A stretch of DNA of 25,300 bases from Sulfolobaceae archaeon (GTDB lineage Archaea; Thermoproteota; Thermoprotei_A; Sulfolobales; Sulfolobaceae): positions 1 to 25,300 of the forward strand of contig JAWARQ010000010.1 of assembly GCA_038893355.1 (NCBI GenBank), in the 5' to 3' direction. The notes beneath the pieces are model-generated. The model was not told the origin of the DNA. It saw only the letters and a program-made list of their open reading frames with translations, and made no database searches. Position 1 is the first letter of the stretch, and every line of letters starts with the position of its first letter. Below are positions 9,547-17,880 of the stretch, piece by piece. The position numbers were made by a program, and so were the translations under genes.

Positions 9547-10542
9547 ATGGATAAGCTTAGAATATCCCTAGCTTGTTACATATACGATAAAACATTGCCC
9601 CTTCTTTTAGGTAAAGTAAAGCCAGCTGGTATAGAGCTTATTTATATCCCATTATGGGTTCAAGAAACCTTCTCCAGAATGCTTAAGTATAAGGAATTCG
9701 ATGCCTCTGAAATGAGCTTCGGTGCTTTCTTGGAATACTATGAGACTAACGATTTCGTAGGAATACCAGTTTTTACATCCAGAATGTTTAGACATAGGTC
9801 AATTTATGTTAACAAGAATAGTGGAATAGAAAGTCCGAAAGATTTAATAGGTAAAAAGGTAGGTCTACCAGAGTGGAGGCAAACTGCAGTAGTCTGGATT
9901 AAAGGTATTCTTAAGGATTATTATAACGTACCGTATAATGCAGTAGAATATTATGTAGGACCTTTAGAAAACACTGAAGCATCAAGAAGAATGTCAGAAA
10001 CAGACACTCTTAAGGTGCGAGGAAATATAAGTATAAAGAGAATACCTAAGGGAAAGACGCTGTCTGAGATGTTGGAGAAAGGTGAGATAGATGCGCTTTA
10101 CAGTGCACAAGCACCATCAAGTTATATTAGGGGCAGTAACGTAAAAAGATTATTTGAGAATTATAGGGAGGTAGAATTAGAGTACTATAAAAATACTGGA
10201 ATATTCCCTATAATGCACTTAATAGTAATAAGAAGAGATGTATATGAGAGAAACCCATGGGTAGCATATAATCTATATAAGGCGTTTGAGGAAAGTAAAA
10301 AAATTGTTTTTCATGAAATTTATAATGTATCACAATTCGCGGTAGCATATATGTCAGCACCTTGGATAGAATATGACTTTGAGATCATGAGAAGAATTTC
10401 TGGTAATGACTTTTGGCCATATGGTGTTGAAAAGAATTATAGAGTACTAGAAACGTTCATTAGGTACTCTTACGAGCAGGGAATAATTGACAAAATTTAC
10501 TCTCCGAAGGAGATATTCGCAAAGGAAGTTCAGGATACCTAA
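9547..10542 (+). CDS. 4,5-dihydroxyphthalate decarboxylase-like protein (Pht5/OphC family, periplasmic-binding-protein fold)
   Basis: YDKTLPL, EFDASEMS, IPVFTSRMFRH, GLPEWRQTAVVW, TGIFPIMH and DFWPYG are characteristic of this family. ATG at 9547 is preferred to 9478 (TTTTAAATA box ~25 bp upstream). Confidence 0.82.
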   Translation: MDKLRISLACYIYDKTLPLLLGKVKPAGIELIYIPLWVQETFSRMLKYKEFDASEMSFGAFLEYYETNDFVGIPVFTSRMFRHRSIYVNKNSGIESPKDLIGKKVGLPEWRQTAVVWIKGILKDYYNVPYNAVEYYVGPLENTEASRRMSETDTLKVRGNISIKRIPKGKTLSEMLEKGEIDALYSAQAPSSYIRGSNVKRLFENYREVELEYYKNTGIFPIMHLIVIRRDVYERNPWVAYNLYKAFEESKKIVFHEIYNVSQFAVAYMSAPWIEYDFEIMRRISGNDFWPYGVEKNYRVLETFIRYSYEQGIIDKIYSPKEIFAKEVQDT

Positions 10543-11513
10543 TATTTATAGATGTTCTTAAGTGGTTCGCCTTTCAAAAACCTTATAACCTCTAATAATG
10601 CATTTTCTACGCCCCTTTCAAAAGCCTCAAATGTAGCTCCACCTATATGGGGAGTGATAATTACATTATCCAATTTTAATAAAGGATTTGATTCTAAGGG
10701 TGGCTCTACCGATAAAACGTCTAATCCAGCGCCAGCGATTCTACCATTAACTAAAGCCTCATAAAGGGCGTTCTCGTCGACAATTCCACCCCTACTGGTA
10801 TTTATTAATATTGCATTCCTCTTCATTAATAATATCTCGTTCCTACCAATCATCCCTCTTGTTTCCTTAGTTAATGGCACATGTAAAGTTATAATATCGC
10901 TTTCCGAGAGTAACGTCTTCAAATCTACAATCATATCTACTTCAGCAATCTTTTCGGAAACGTATGGGTCAAACCCTAAGACATTCATTTCGAATGCCTT
11001 AGAAATCTTTGCAACCCTTCTTCCTATACTCCCTAAACCTATTATCCCTATAGTCTTGCCGTATAACTCGTTGCCCAGAATCCTCTGACCTTCTACCCAT
11101 TTTCCCTTTCTAACAAATTCATTTATTTTAATAATTTTTCTATATAATGCTAGCATAAGCAGAAAAGTTAATTCAGCTACTGATTGGGAATTAACACCAG
11201 GGTTATAAGTTATTATAATACCTTTCTTTTTAGCCTCCTCGATATCGATCCTAGTCTCATCCACACCTACTCCTGTCCTCGCGATCAGCTTTAAATTACG
11301 TGCATATTCAAGAATTTCCTTATCCAATTTTGCCTTCCTATTTACAATTACATTAACATCCTTTACCTTTTTTAGCCACTCTTCTTTCGGGGCATAAGGA
11401 TCTATAACTTCTATTTCAGCAATATTCTGTAACTCCTTTAAAACTCTATTAATCCTTTCAGAATTTTGGTTTAAAATATCTTTCTCCAAAAGAACTTTTT
11501 GCCTTTGATTCAT
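10539..11513 (-). CDS. D-isomer-specific 2-hydroxyacid dehydrogenase (SerA-like, no ACT domain)
   Basis: GIIGLGSIG Rossmann motif, LHVPLT, INTSRGGIVDE, GLDV..EP and TPHIGG. The stop codon overlaps that of the convergent decarboxylase. Confidence 0.92.
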   Translation of the reverse strand: MNQRQKVLLEKDILNQNSERINRVLKELQNIAEIEVIDPYAPKEEWLKKVKDVNVIVNRKAKLDKEILEYARNLKLIARTGVGVDETRIDIEEAKKKGIIITYNPGVNSQSVAELTFLLMLALYRKIIKINEFVRKGKWVEGQRILGNELYGKTIGIIGLGSIGRRVAKISKAFEMNVLGFDPYVSEKIAEVDMIVDLKTLLSESDIITLHVPLTKETRGMIGRNEILLMKRNAILINTSRGGIVDENALYEALVNGRIAGAGLDVLSVEPPLESNPLLKLDNVIITPHIGGATFEAFERGVENALLEVIRFLKGEPLKNIYKY

Positions 11514-11576
11514 AATAAAAAATAATCCCTTTAACTTTTAACTATTACCTTCTTTTTCTAAAGGGAAGAATTGTGC

Positions 11577-12965
11577 TTACCTTTCATATAGCTCCTTCTC
11601 AGACCCTTTAGTCTCCCTCACTAGAATAGTACATATTAGACTAATAATAGAAGCGATAGAGTACGCAGCAGTGACATAGGGCCATGCTTGAACGACGGAA
11701 GGTGCTAAAGCGATTATGCTAGGAAGTATAAACGTAACAAAAATTCCACCAAAAAGCCCACCGAATTGGTAAGCTAATCCACTTCCAGAATACCTATACT
11801 TAGCCTCAAACTCCTTAGTATACCAATAGGCTTGAACTGAAGTAGGTATTATTACCACCATTGTCAGCATTATGTAGGCTAGTATTATTGTTGTTAGATC
11901 TAGACTATTTACAAGTAAGAAGAATATTGGGGTAATGACTGCACTAGCTATAGTAGATATATAAAAGAATATTTTGGGTGAAGGTCTTTTCTTATCCAAA
12001 ATTATTCCACTAGCTAAAACTACTGTGAATAACGCTACAATATAGCCTATTGAAACGCCTAATGTACCAACTGTTGCAGGAGGCAAACCACCAATTGGAC
12101 TTCCCTTAGCAAGAGCACTAATATAAGCAAAAGCAAAAGTTTGTGCTAATCCACTCATTATTGCAGTTATATAGAACCAACTTCCTGCTAATAATAATAT
12201 TTTTCCAGCATAATACCTTAAAACTTCCGCAGCAGGATACCTTGCAATCTGGGCACTCTTCTTTATCTTCAAAAACACTGGACTTTCCCTAAATAAATAT
12301 CTGATAATAGCACCAATTACTAATGCAGCAGCACCGATATAAAATAAAATCCTCCAACCCCAATCCAGTAGTGCAGGCCTTGGTAATAATAAACCAACTG
12401 CCGTAAATGCGATGGATGCAATAGCTATACCTAATTGACCTAATATATTATATATTGCACTATATAATCCTAATTCTCCCCTCCTATAAGCGAATTCTGT
12501 AAACCATGTAGCTCCCCCTCCCCACTCTCCACCAAATCCTAAGCCTAGTATGAATCTTAATACGAATAGTAGAATAACTGAAGCAATCCCAATACTAGAA
12601 TAGGGTGGTAATAACCCTATTCCAAGTACGCCAACAAATGCTAAGAGTAGTGTTAGGACTAGGGTAGACTGCCTACCAATCTTATCGCCTATATGCCCGA
12701 AGATAAAGGCGCCCAAAGGCCTAGCTAGGAATGCTATACCATAAGTAGCAATGCTTATGGCTAAAGCAAGGCTAGGATTACCACCAACAGCAGGCTGGAT
12801 ATAAATCGTAGGCCAAACTAGTGAAGCAGCACTTGCTGCTATAAAGAAGTCATAATAATCTATAAGATTACCTATACTAGCTACTGCAAGAACTTTTCTT
12901 GCCTCGGTTGGTGTAATTTCTTCAGTATATCCTTTCCCACCACTCAATTCCTTATCTCTACTCAT
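11577..12965 (-). CDS. MFS transporter, metabolite:H+ symporter (shikimate/aromatic acid-like)
   Basis: DYYDF, RPLGAFIFGHIGDKIGR, GGEWGG, WGWRI and RYSGSG motifs with ~12 hydrophobic segments. ATG at 12965 is preferred to 13016. Confidence 0.92.
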   Translation of the reverse strand: MSRDKELSGGKGYTEEITPTEARKVLAVASIGNLIDYYDFFIAASAASLVWPTIYIQPAVGGNPSLALAISIATYGIAFLARPLGAFIFGHIGDKIGRQSTLVLTLLLAFVGVLGIGLLPPYSSIGIASVILLFVLRFILGLGFGGEWGGGATWFTEFAYRRGELGLYSAIYNILGQLGIAIASIAFTAVGLLLPRPALLDWGWRILFYIGAAALVIGAIIRYLFRESPVFLKIKKSAQIARYPAAEVLRYYAGKILLLAGSWFYITAIMSGLAQTFAFAYISALAKGSPIGGLPPATVGTLGVSIGYIVALFTVVLASGIILDKKRPSPKIFFYISTIASAVITPIFFLLVNSLDLTTIILAYIMLTMVVIIPTSVQAYWYTKEFEAKYRYSGSGLAYQFGGLFGGIFVTFILPSIIALAPSVVQAWPYVTAAYSIASIISLICTILVRETKGSEKELYER

Positions 12966-13190
12966 TAAGATAGTTTTCAAGAAAAAATTTATAAATATTT
13001 CGATGATTTTCCTCATCAGAAAATCAACTAAATATTATATAGAAAAACACTGCTAAATATATGTTCACCAAGACTGGTTATCAAACTTCATTAGGTCTGA
13101 ACCATCTTGTAATATGTTTCTCATAATCCATTTCTTTTGAAATGATCATCAAGATTTTTAAACTATACATAGTTAATAAAATCGAGTAAC

Positions 13191-14003
13191 ATGGGAAAAA
13201 TAGTTGCAGCGGGTTGTTCATCTCATGCTCCACAATTAAGTAAAAAGGAGATTAAGTATTCTCCAGTTTATGCTGAACAAGTGAAAAAAATTCATAACGC
13301 ATTAGAAAGATTGTGGGAAAAGATGAGTGAGGAAAATCCAGATTCATTAATAATAATCTATCCAGATCATATAGAAACCTTCTTTCTCACTAATTTTCCG
13401 AGCATTAACATTATAGTTGATAGGGAAACGGAAGCTCATATACCCGGCTGGGGTACATTTAAATTTGAAGTAAATTACGAATTAGCTAAAACCATACTAT
13501 TTGGCCTAGTTGAAAACGGATTTGATCCTTCCTTCTCTCAGAGAATGCCTATTCCCCATGCAGCTTATGTTCCACTGTTGTATATGTTTAAAAAGAATAA
13601 GGTTCCAATAGTGCCGATACATGTAAATGCAAATGTAGATCCAAAAATCTTGCCTAAGAGAGCTTTAGAACTAGGAAGGGCTATTGCTAGGATAATTAAC
13701 AATAAAAGGCCAAGTAATGAAAAAATTGCTATAATAGGTACTGGGGGTCTCTCTCACTATCCGGGAACACCGTATTATGGTAAAATTGACGTTGAAACTG
13801 ATAATAAGATACTTTCATTATTAAGTGAAGGAAGAGGAGAAGAATTAGCTGAATTCACCCCCGAACAGCTTGAAGAAAGTGGAAATATAGAGTTAAGAAC
13901 TTGGATTGTAACCGTAGGTGCTGTTGGTAATAGGCCAGCGGAATTGATAGAGAGGCAAATAACTTATCACATAGACTATGCGGTAGTTAGGTTCTTGTTG
14001 TAA
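13191..14003 (+). CDS. ligB: LigB-like catalytic subunit of a class III extradiol dioxygenase (protocatechuate 4,5-/gallate dioxygenase family)
   Basis: Metal and catalytic motifs SHAP, PDH...FF, PH, GTGGLSH and GNIELRTW. Confidence 0.85.
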   Translation: MGKIVAAGCSSHAPQLSKKEIKYSPVYAEQVKKIHNALERLWEKMSEENPDSLIIIYPDHIETFFLTNFPSINIIVDRETEAHIPGWGTFKFEVNYELAKTILFGLVENGFDPSFSQRMPIPHAAYVPLLYMFKKNKVPIVPIHVNANVDPKILPKRALELGRAIARIINNKRPSNEKIAIIGTGGLSHYPGTPYYGKIDVETDNKILSLLSEGRGEELAEFTPEQLEESGNIELRTWIVTVGAVGNRPAELIERQITYHIDYAVVRFLL

Positions 14004-14021
14004 TTTAATATTTTTGAACCC

Positions 14022-14033
14022 TTTTTTCTTTTT
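14022..14033 (+). terminator. Oligo-T tract downstream of ligB, possible archaeal terminator
   Basis: TTTTTTCTTTTT about 20 bp after the stop codon. Confidence 0.35.
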
Positions 14034-14130
14034 GTTATAAAGCCCTACAGTACTATATCTCTTTATTGATGCGAAAACTTATAAATAATAGTCAAATATA
14101 ATTCTTAGGTGTCCTAAAGGGGTGTGAAGG

Positions 14131-14850
14131 ATGGGCTCCAGACTATTAGTCATAGCAGCACATGTGGGTGATTTCGTATGGAGAGCTTCTGGTGTTATAG
14201 CTAAATATGCAAAGCAAGGGAAACCAGTTCACATTGTAGCATTAACATACGGCGAGAAAGGTGAATCACCCTTAGCATGGAGACAAGGAGCTAAATCGAT
14301 AGATGAGGTGAAGAAAATAAGGAGGCAAGAAGGTGAATGCGCAGCAAAAGCATTAGGAAATGTCCCTATAGAGTTCTTAGACTGGGGAGACCATCCATTA
14401 ATAATCAATGACGAGAGACTGCTTATACTCGCTAATATTATTAGAAAATTTGCACCAGATATAATAATTACTCATGGCCCTGATGATAAATTAAGGCCAG
14501 ATCATGTAACCACCGCAAATGCCGTACTCTCAGCGGTAAGGCTAGCGGCAATCGATGGACTTAAATTAGATTATCCACCTGTCCCTGAGCCTAAGGTTTT
14601 TGGATTTGATCCGCATGTTGGTGAGCAGGCAGGGTTTTATCCCCATATCTATATAAATATTACTGAAGTATATGAAATGAAGCAAAAAGCCATGAGTTGT
14701 TTGGAATCGCAGAGGCATGAAATTGAATATTATGCATTAAGGGATCAATTAAGAGGTTTGCAAACCAGAAGATTTGGTTGGAAGAACTACTACAAATATG
14801 CAGAAGCATTTTACATGTATAGTCCAATAATTGGTGAGGACTTCCCATGA
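14131..14850 (+). CDS. galB: PIG-L/LmbE family protein, 4-oxalomesaconate hydratase GalB-like
   Basis: AHVGDFVWRASG (GalB-type AHxxDFVWR), YGEKGES, PDH and YAEAF motifs. Translationally coupled to the aldolase by an ATGA overlap. Confidence 0.82.
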   Translation: MGSRLLVIAAHVGDFVWRASGVIAKYAKQGKPVHIVALTYGEKGESPLAWRQGAKSIDEVKKIRRQEGECAAKALGNVPIEFLDWGDHPLIINDERLLILANIIRKFAPDIIITHGPDDKLRPDHVTTANAVLSAVRLAAIDGLKLDYPPVPEPKVFGFDPHVGEQAGFYPHIYINITEVYEMKQKAMSCLESQRHEIEYYALRDQLRGLQTRRFGWKNYYKYAEAFYMYSPIIGEDFP

Positions 14851-15554
14851 AGCCAGTAATAGTTAGGGAAATTCCTAGATCTCCTAAAGATCCAGAGAGG
14901 ATAAGGAAGCTTTTAGAGTATAGTGTAGCTACAATAGCGGAGGCTCAAGATAAATTAGGACTATTAGGGCCTAGTATTAGGCCAATTCAACCGGGATTAA
15001 AGGCAGCAGGTACTGCAATAACTGTTAGATGTGCAGATGGTGATAATTTAATGCTACATGCAGCCCTAGAGGTTGCAAAGCCTGGGGATATAATTGTTAT
15101 GACGACAATAAGTGGTACTGCTAATGGAGTATTTGGTGAACTTCTAGCTACCGCCTTTAGGGTAAGAGGTATAGCAGCTTTCATAACTGATTCGGGGGTA
15201 AGGGATGTAGCAAAACTAAGGGAAATGAAATATCCAGTTTGGGCTAAATACATAACTGCTGTAGGTACTTCTAAGAATAGGCCGGGCTGGATAAATGTTC
15301 CAATAACAATAGAAGGTGTTCTTGTTAAACCTGGGGACTTTATACTTGCAGATGATGATGGAGTAGTTGTAGTCCCTAGAGAGGAGATTGATGAAGTATT
15401 AGCTAGGGCTAAGGAAAGGGAAGAGAGGGAGAATGAGGTAAGGAAAAGGATACTGAATGGTGAATTAACAATAGACATTTATAACTTTAGAAAGGTTATT
15501 GCTGAGTTAGGAATAAAGTACGTAAATAGTCTAGACGAACTCAATAAAAAATAA
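14847..15554 (+). CDS. galC: 4-carboxy-4-hydroxy-2-oxoadipate (HMG/CHA) aldolase, RraA family (GalC/LigK)
   Basis: VATIAEAQ, IRPI, GDNLMLHAA, FGELLAT, GVRD and PGD...ADDDGVVVVP motifs; follows galB. Confidence 0.85.
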   Translation: MKPVIVREIPRSPKDPERIRKLLEYSVATIAEAQDKLGLLGPSIRPIQPGLKAAGTAITVRCADGDNLMLHAALEVAKPGDIIVMTTISGTANGVFGELLATAFRVRGIAAFITDSGVRDVAKLREMKYPVWAKYITAVGTSKNRPGWINVPITIEGVLVKPGDFILADDDGVVVVPREEIDEVLARAKEREERENEVRKRILNGELTIDIYNFRKVIAELGIKYVNSLDELNKK

Positions 15555-15561
15555 ATAAAAA

Positions 15562-15816
15562 TTATTCATTTTTATTATTACTATTATAGTTATATAATCT
15601 ATTTATATATTCATAAAAGTTTTCGTGATCCATAACTAAGATAGCCTCAAGCTCTAATGGATCTAAGAATTTCCTTAGGGAGAAGTTTGGAGAAAATATC
15701 TCTAGTCTTTCCCCATTCGCTGTCTTAACTTTTCTTATTAGAACATATGCATATTCATTCTTCAATTCTATATATCCTTCTTCATTATTATTATTATCTC
15801 CCTTTAGTTCTGACAT
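15562..15816 (-). CDS. Small conserved Rieske-dioxygenase-associated protein (copy 1)
   Basis: NEYAYV..RKVKTANGERLEI.S.....FLDPLELE is paralogous to 19690-19971. It resembles the small ORF following phtAb in actinobacterial phthalate operons. Alternative TTG start at 15819. Confidence 0.75.
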   Translation of the reverse strand: MSELKGDNNNNEEGYIELKNEYAYVLIRKVKTANGERLEIFSPNFSLRKFLDPLELEAILVMDHENFYEYINRLYNYNSNNKNE

Positions 15817-15825
15817 CAATATCGC

Positions 15826-16332
15826 CTAATAGAATGTTGGAAGATTATCTACAAGTATTATGTTAGTATCTGGTATAATCTCTCGCCTTGCTATCTTCCA
15901 ACTACCGTTTACCCTTCTTAGAATGTCATGCCTCTCATACGACAAAAATTCATGATATAGTGAATCATGTTTATGCCTATAGAACAATACATTACTAATT
16001 ACTTTAATTTCATTTTCATTATTAGTTGGCTCTATCCTTACATTAGTTACAAAGCGCCTAGTCATGGATCTAGGAATTTCAGCCCACGCATACTCAGTAT
16101 ATAACCTCTTAACCTTTTTCTCTAATAGAGTTCTATTATCCATTACAATTGGAGAGCCCAATTGCTCTTTAGGCGAATCAGCAACAACATTAAGCCTACT
16201 ATACATTATGTACTCAGCATCATCAGTCCATAATTCTAACCACTCCTTAAACTTATAATTATCTAAGAGCTCTGCTTCCTTATACAAAAACTGAACAATC
16301 TCAAACCATAATTCGTAATTCACCTTTTGCAT
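15826..16332 (-). CDS. Aromatic ring-hydroxylating dioxygenase beta subunit
   Basis: FLYKEAELLD...EWLEL, AWAEIPRSMTRRFVTNV and RHDILR...WKIARR motifs. Confidence 0.92.
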   Translation of the reverse strand: MQKVNYELWFEIVQFLYKEAELLDNYKFKEWLELWTDDAEYIMYSRLNVVADSPKEQLGSPIVMDNRTLLEKKVKRLYTEYAWAEIPRSMTRRFVTNVRIEPTNNENEIKVISNVLFYRHKHDSLYHEFLSYERHDILRRVNGSWKIARREIIPDTNIILVDNLPTFY

Positions 16333-16353
16333 TTTGAATACTCACCCCTTTTC

Positions 16354-17775
16354 TTAACTTAATAAAATTTCTACATACCTCTTCCAGAAGGCTAACGAGG
16401 ACTTATCAGAAGGTTCTCTATATACCTTAACCTCTTTACCATGAGGTAATGGAAAATCTTCAACGGGGCCTTCCTTAAGTCTCTGAACTAAAGGCAGTTT
16501 AATATCATCAGCTACAGATGATTGTGACATTTGGGTTTGCATCATCCAATTCTCCACATCATCAACATCCAAGATCCCTGAAGAACCCTGCATAAAGACA
16601 CACTGTCTATAGCTTGCCCTCTTGTACTCTTCTGGTGCACTCTTCGGAACCATACAGAACGTCAAAACTTCAGTCTTATCGAAATCTACTGGCCTCCATA
16701 CCCTAAGTAAATAGTCTTGAACGTACTTCTGCTTCTCCTCACCAGAAAATAACGAATGTATTATTATTGCAAGATTCGGGAAGATCCTAATTCTGGTTAT
16801 GGCGAGCGTTAACATTTCCATCTTTATTGCTAGCAATTGCTCTTCACTTAAATTCTTACTAATAGCCTGCAAGAAGTTAGGTGGATAGATCTCGTAAATC
16901 TTTTCTGGGATCGGTAACTCCTTTATCCTTTTTAGATTCTCTTGGGTAATATCATATAGTGATGTTATACCACCACCATGGCCTTTTATTGAAGCAAATT
17001 GATATCCAGAAAAACCTCCCGTAACTTTTTTAACACCCTCTGGAGGTTGTAATCCTACGTCCTCTAACTTCAGGGGATTAGCTGATATACTATATGTTGA
17101 TCTATGAGTAAAAGGTATATGATAAGAATCACTGCCAAAATTATCTACAGCGGCCTTCCATCCCATATGAACTACCCACCTTATTGGATTACCATAGACT
17201 TCTAACTCGCCACCCCTAATAGCAATATCAAAGTACCATTTAAATTCCCCTAGATAATCCTCTAAACTTTCAGCCTTTCCATCTAAATTCCCGAAAATAA
17301 ATCCTTTATAATTTTCAATTCTAACCGGAATTAAACCATACTGCGACCTATCTAAAACATCCTTAAATGTCTCATCTTGTGGTACGCCAACTAAGTCTCC
17401 CTTATTCGAATAAGTCCAGAAGTGATAAGGACATCTAAAAAATGAGGCATTACCTCTATCAGTCTTACAAAATGCTCTTCCTCTATGCCTACAAATATTA
17501 AGGAAAGCTCTTATTTTACCGTCATCACCCCTAGCTACTATAACGGATGTATTAGGTCCAATATATCTTAAAACATAATCACCCTCATTAGGGATTTCAC
17601 TTTCGTGGGCCAAGAAATGCCAGACTCTAGGCCAAAACTTTCTTACTTCTAATTCAAAAAGCTCTTGGCTTGCAAAAAGACTCAGAGGTAATAACGGATA
17701 TCCTGCTTCTATTGAACTCCTAAACTCTTCTAATTTTTCATATATTTTATTATGTACTTCTTCGTAATATTTCAT
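16354..17775 (-). CDS. Rieske aromatic ring-hydroxylating dioxygenase alpha subunit (phthalate 3,4-/phenylpropionate dioxygenase-like)
   Basis: Rieske ligands CRH...CPYH, mononuclear Fe motif DSYHIPFTH, and DDVENW. Confidence 0.93.
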   Translation of the reverse strand: MKYYEEVHNKIYEKLEEFRSSIEAGYPLLPLSLFASQELFELEVRKFWPRVWHFLAHESEIPNEGDYVLRYIGPNTSVIVARGDDGKIRAFLNICRHRGRAFCKTDRGNASFFRCPYHFWTYSNKGDLVGVPQDETFKDVLDRSQYGLIPVRIENYKGFIFGNLDGKAESLEDYLGEFKWYFDIAIRGGELEVYGNPIRWVVHMGWKAAVDNFGSDSYHIPFTHRSTYSISANPLKLEDVGLQPPEGVKKVTGGFSGYQFASIKGHGGGITSLYDITQENLKRIKELPIPEKIYEIYPPNFLQAISKNLSEEQLLAIKMEMLTLAITRIRIFPNLAIIIHSLFSGEEKQKYVQDYLLRVWRPVDFDKTEVLTFCMVPKSAPEEYKRASYRQCVFMQGSSGILDVDDVENWMMQTQMSQSSVADDIKLPLVQRLKEGPVEDFPLPHGKEVKVYREPSDKSSLAFWKRYVEILLS

Positions 17776-17880
17776 AGGTTTAAATGAAACTTTTAAGAAA
17801 AAAGCTTTACTGTGTATTTTTAAAGTATAGAGTGCTTGGCGATAATAATCTTTAAAATCTCTAATACTTAATTATTCACA
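17776..17880. promoter_or_regulatory. Divergent promoter region between the two dioxygenase units
   Basis: 105-bp spacer. TTTAAAA at 17851-17857 is ~25-30 bp upstream of ATG 17881, and an AT-rich TTAAAA on the minus strand lies upstream of 17775. Confidence 0.55.

Noticed and set aside
10539-11513. Biosynthetic serA
   Set aside because: Family motifs do not define the substrate, and the context is catabolic.
14987-15478. 163-aa antisense ORF
   Set aside because: Lies wholly opposite the well-supported aldolase; Ser/Thr-rich shadow translation with no motifs.
14847-15554. RraA RNase regulator / MenG methyltransferase label
   Set aside because: A known misannotation for this fold; coupling to galB supports the aldolase.
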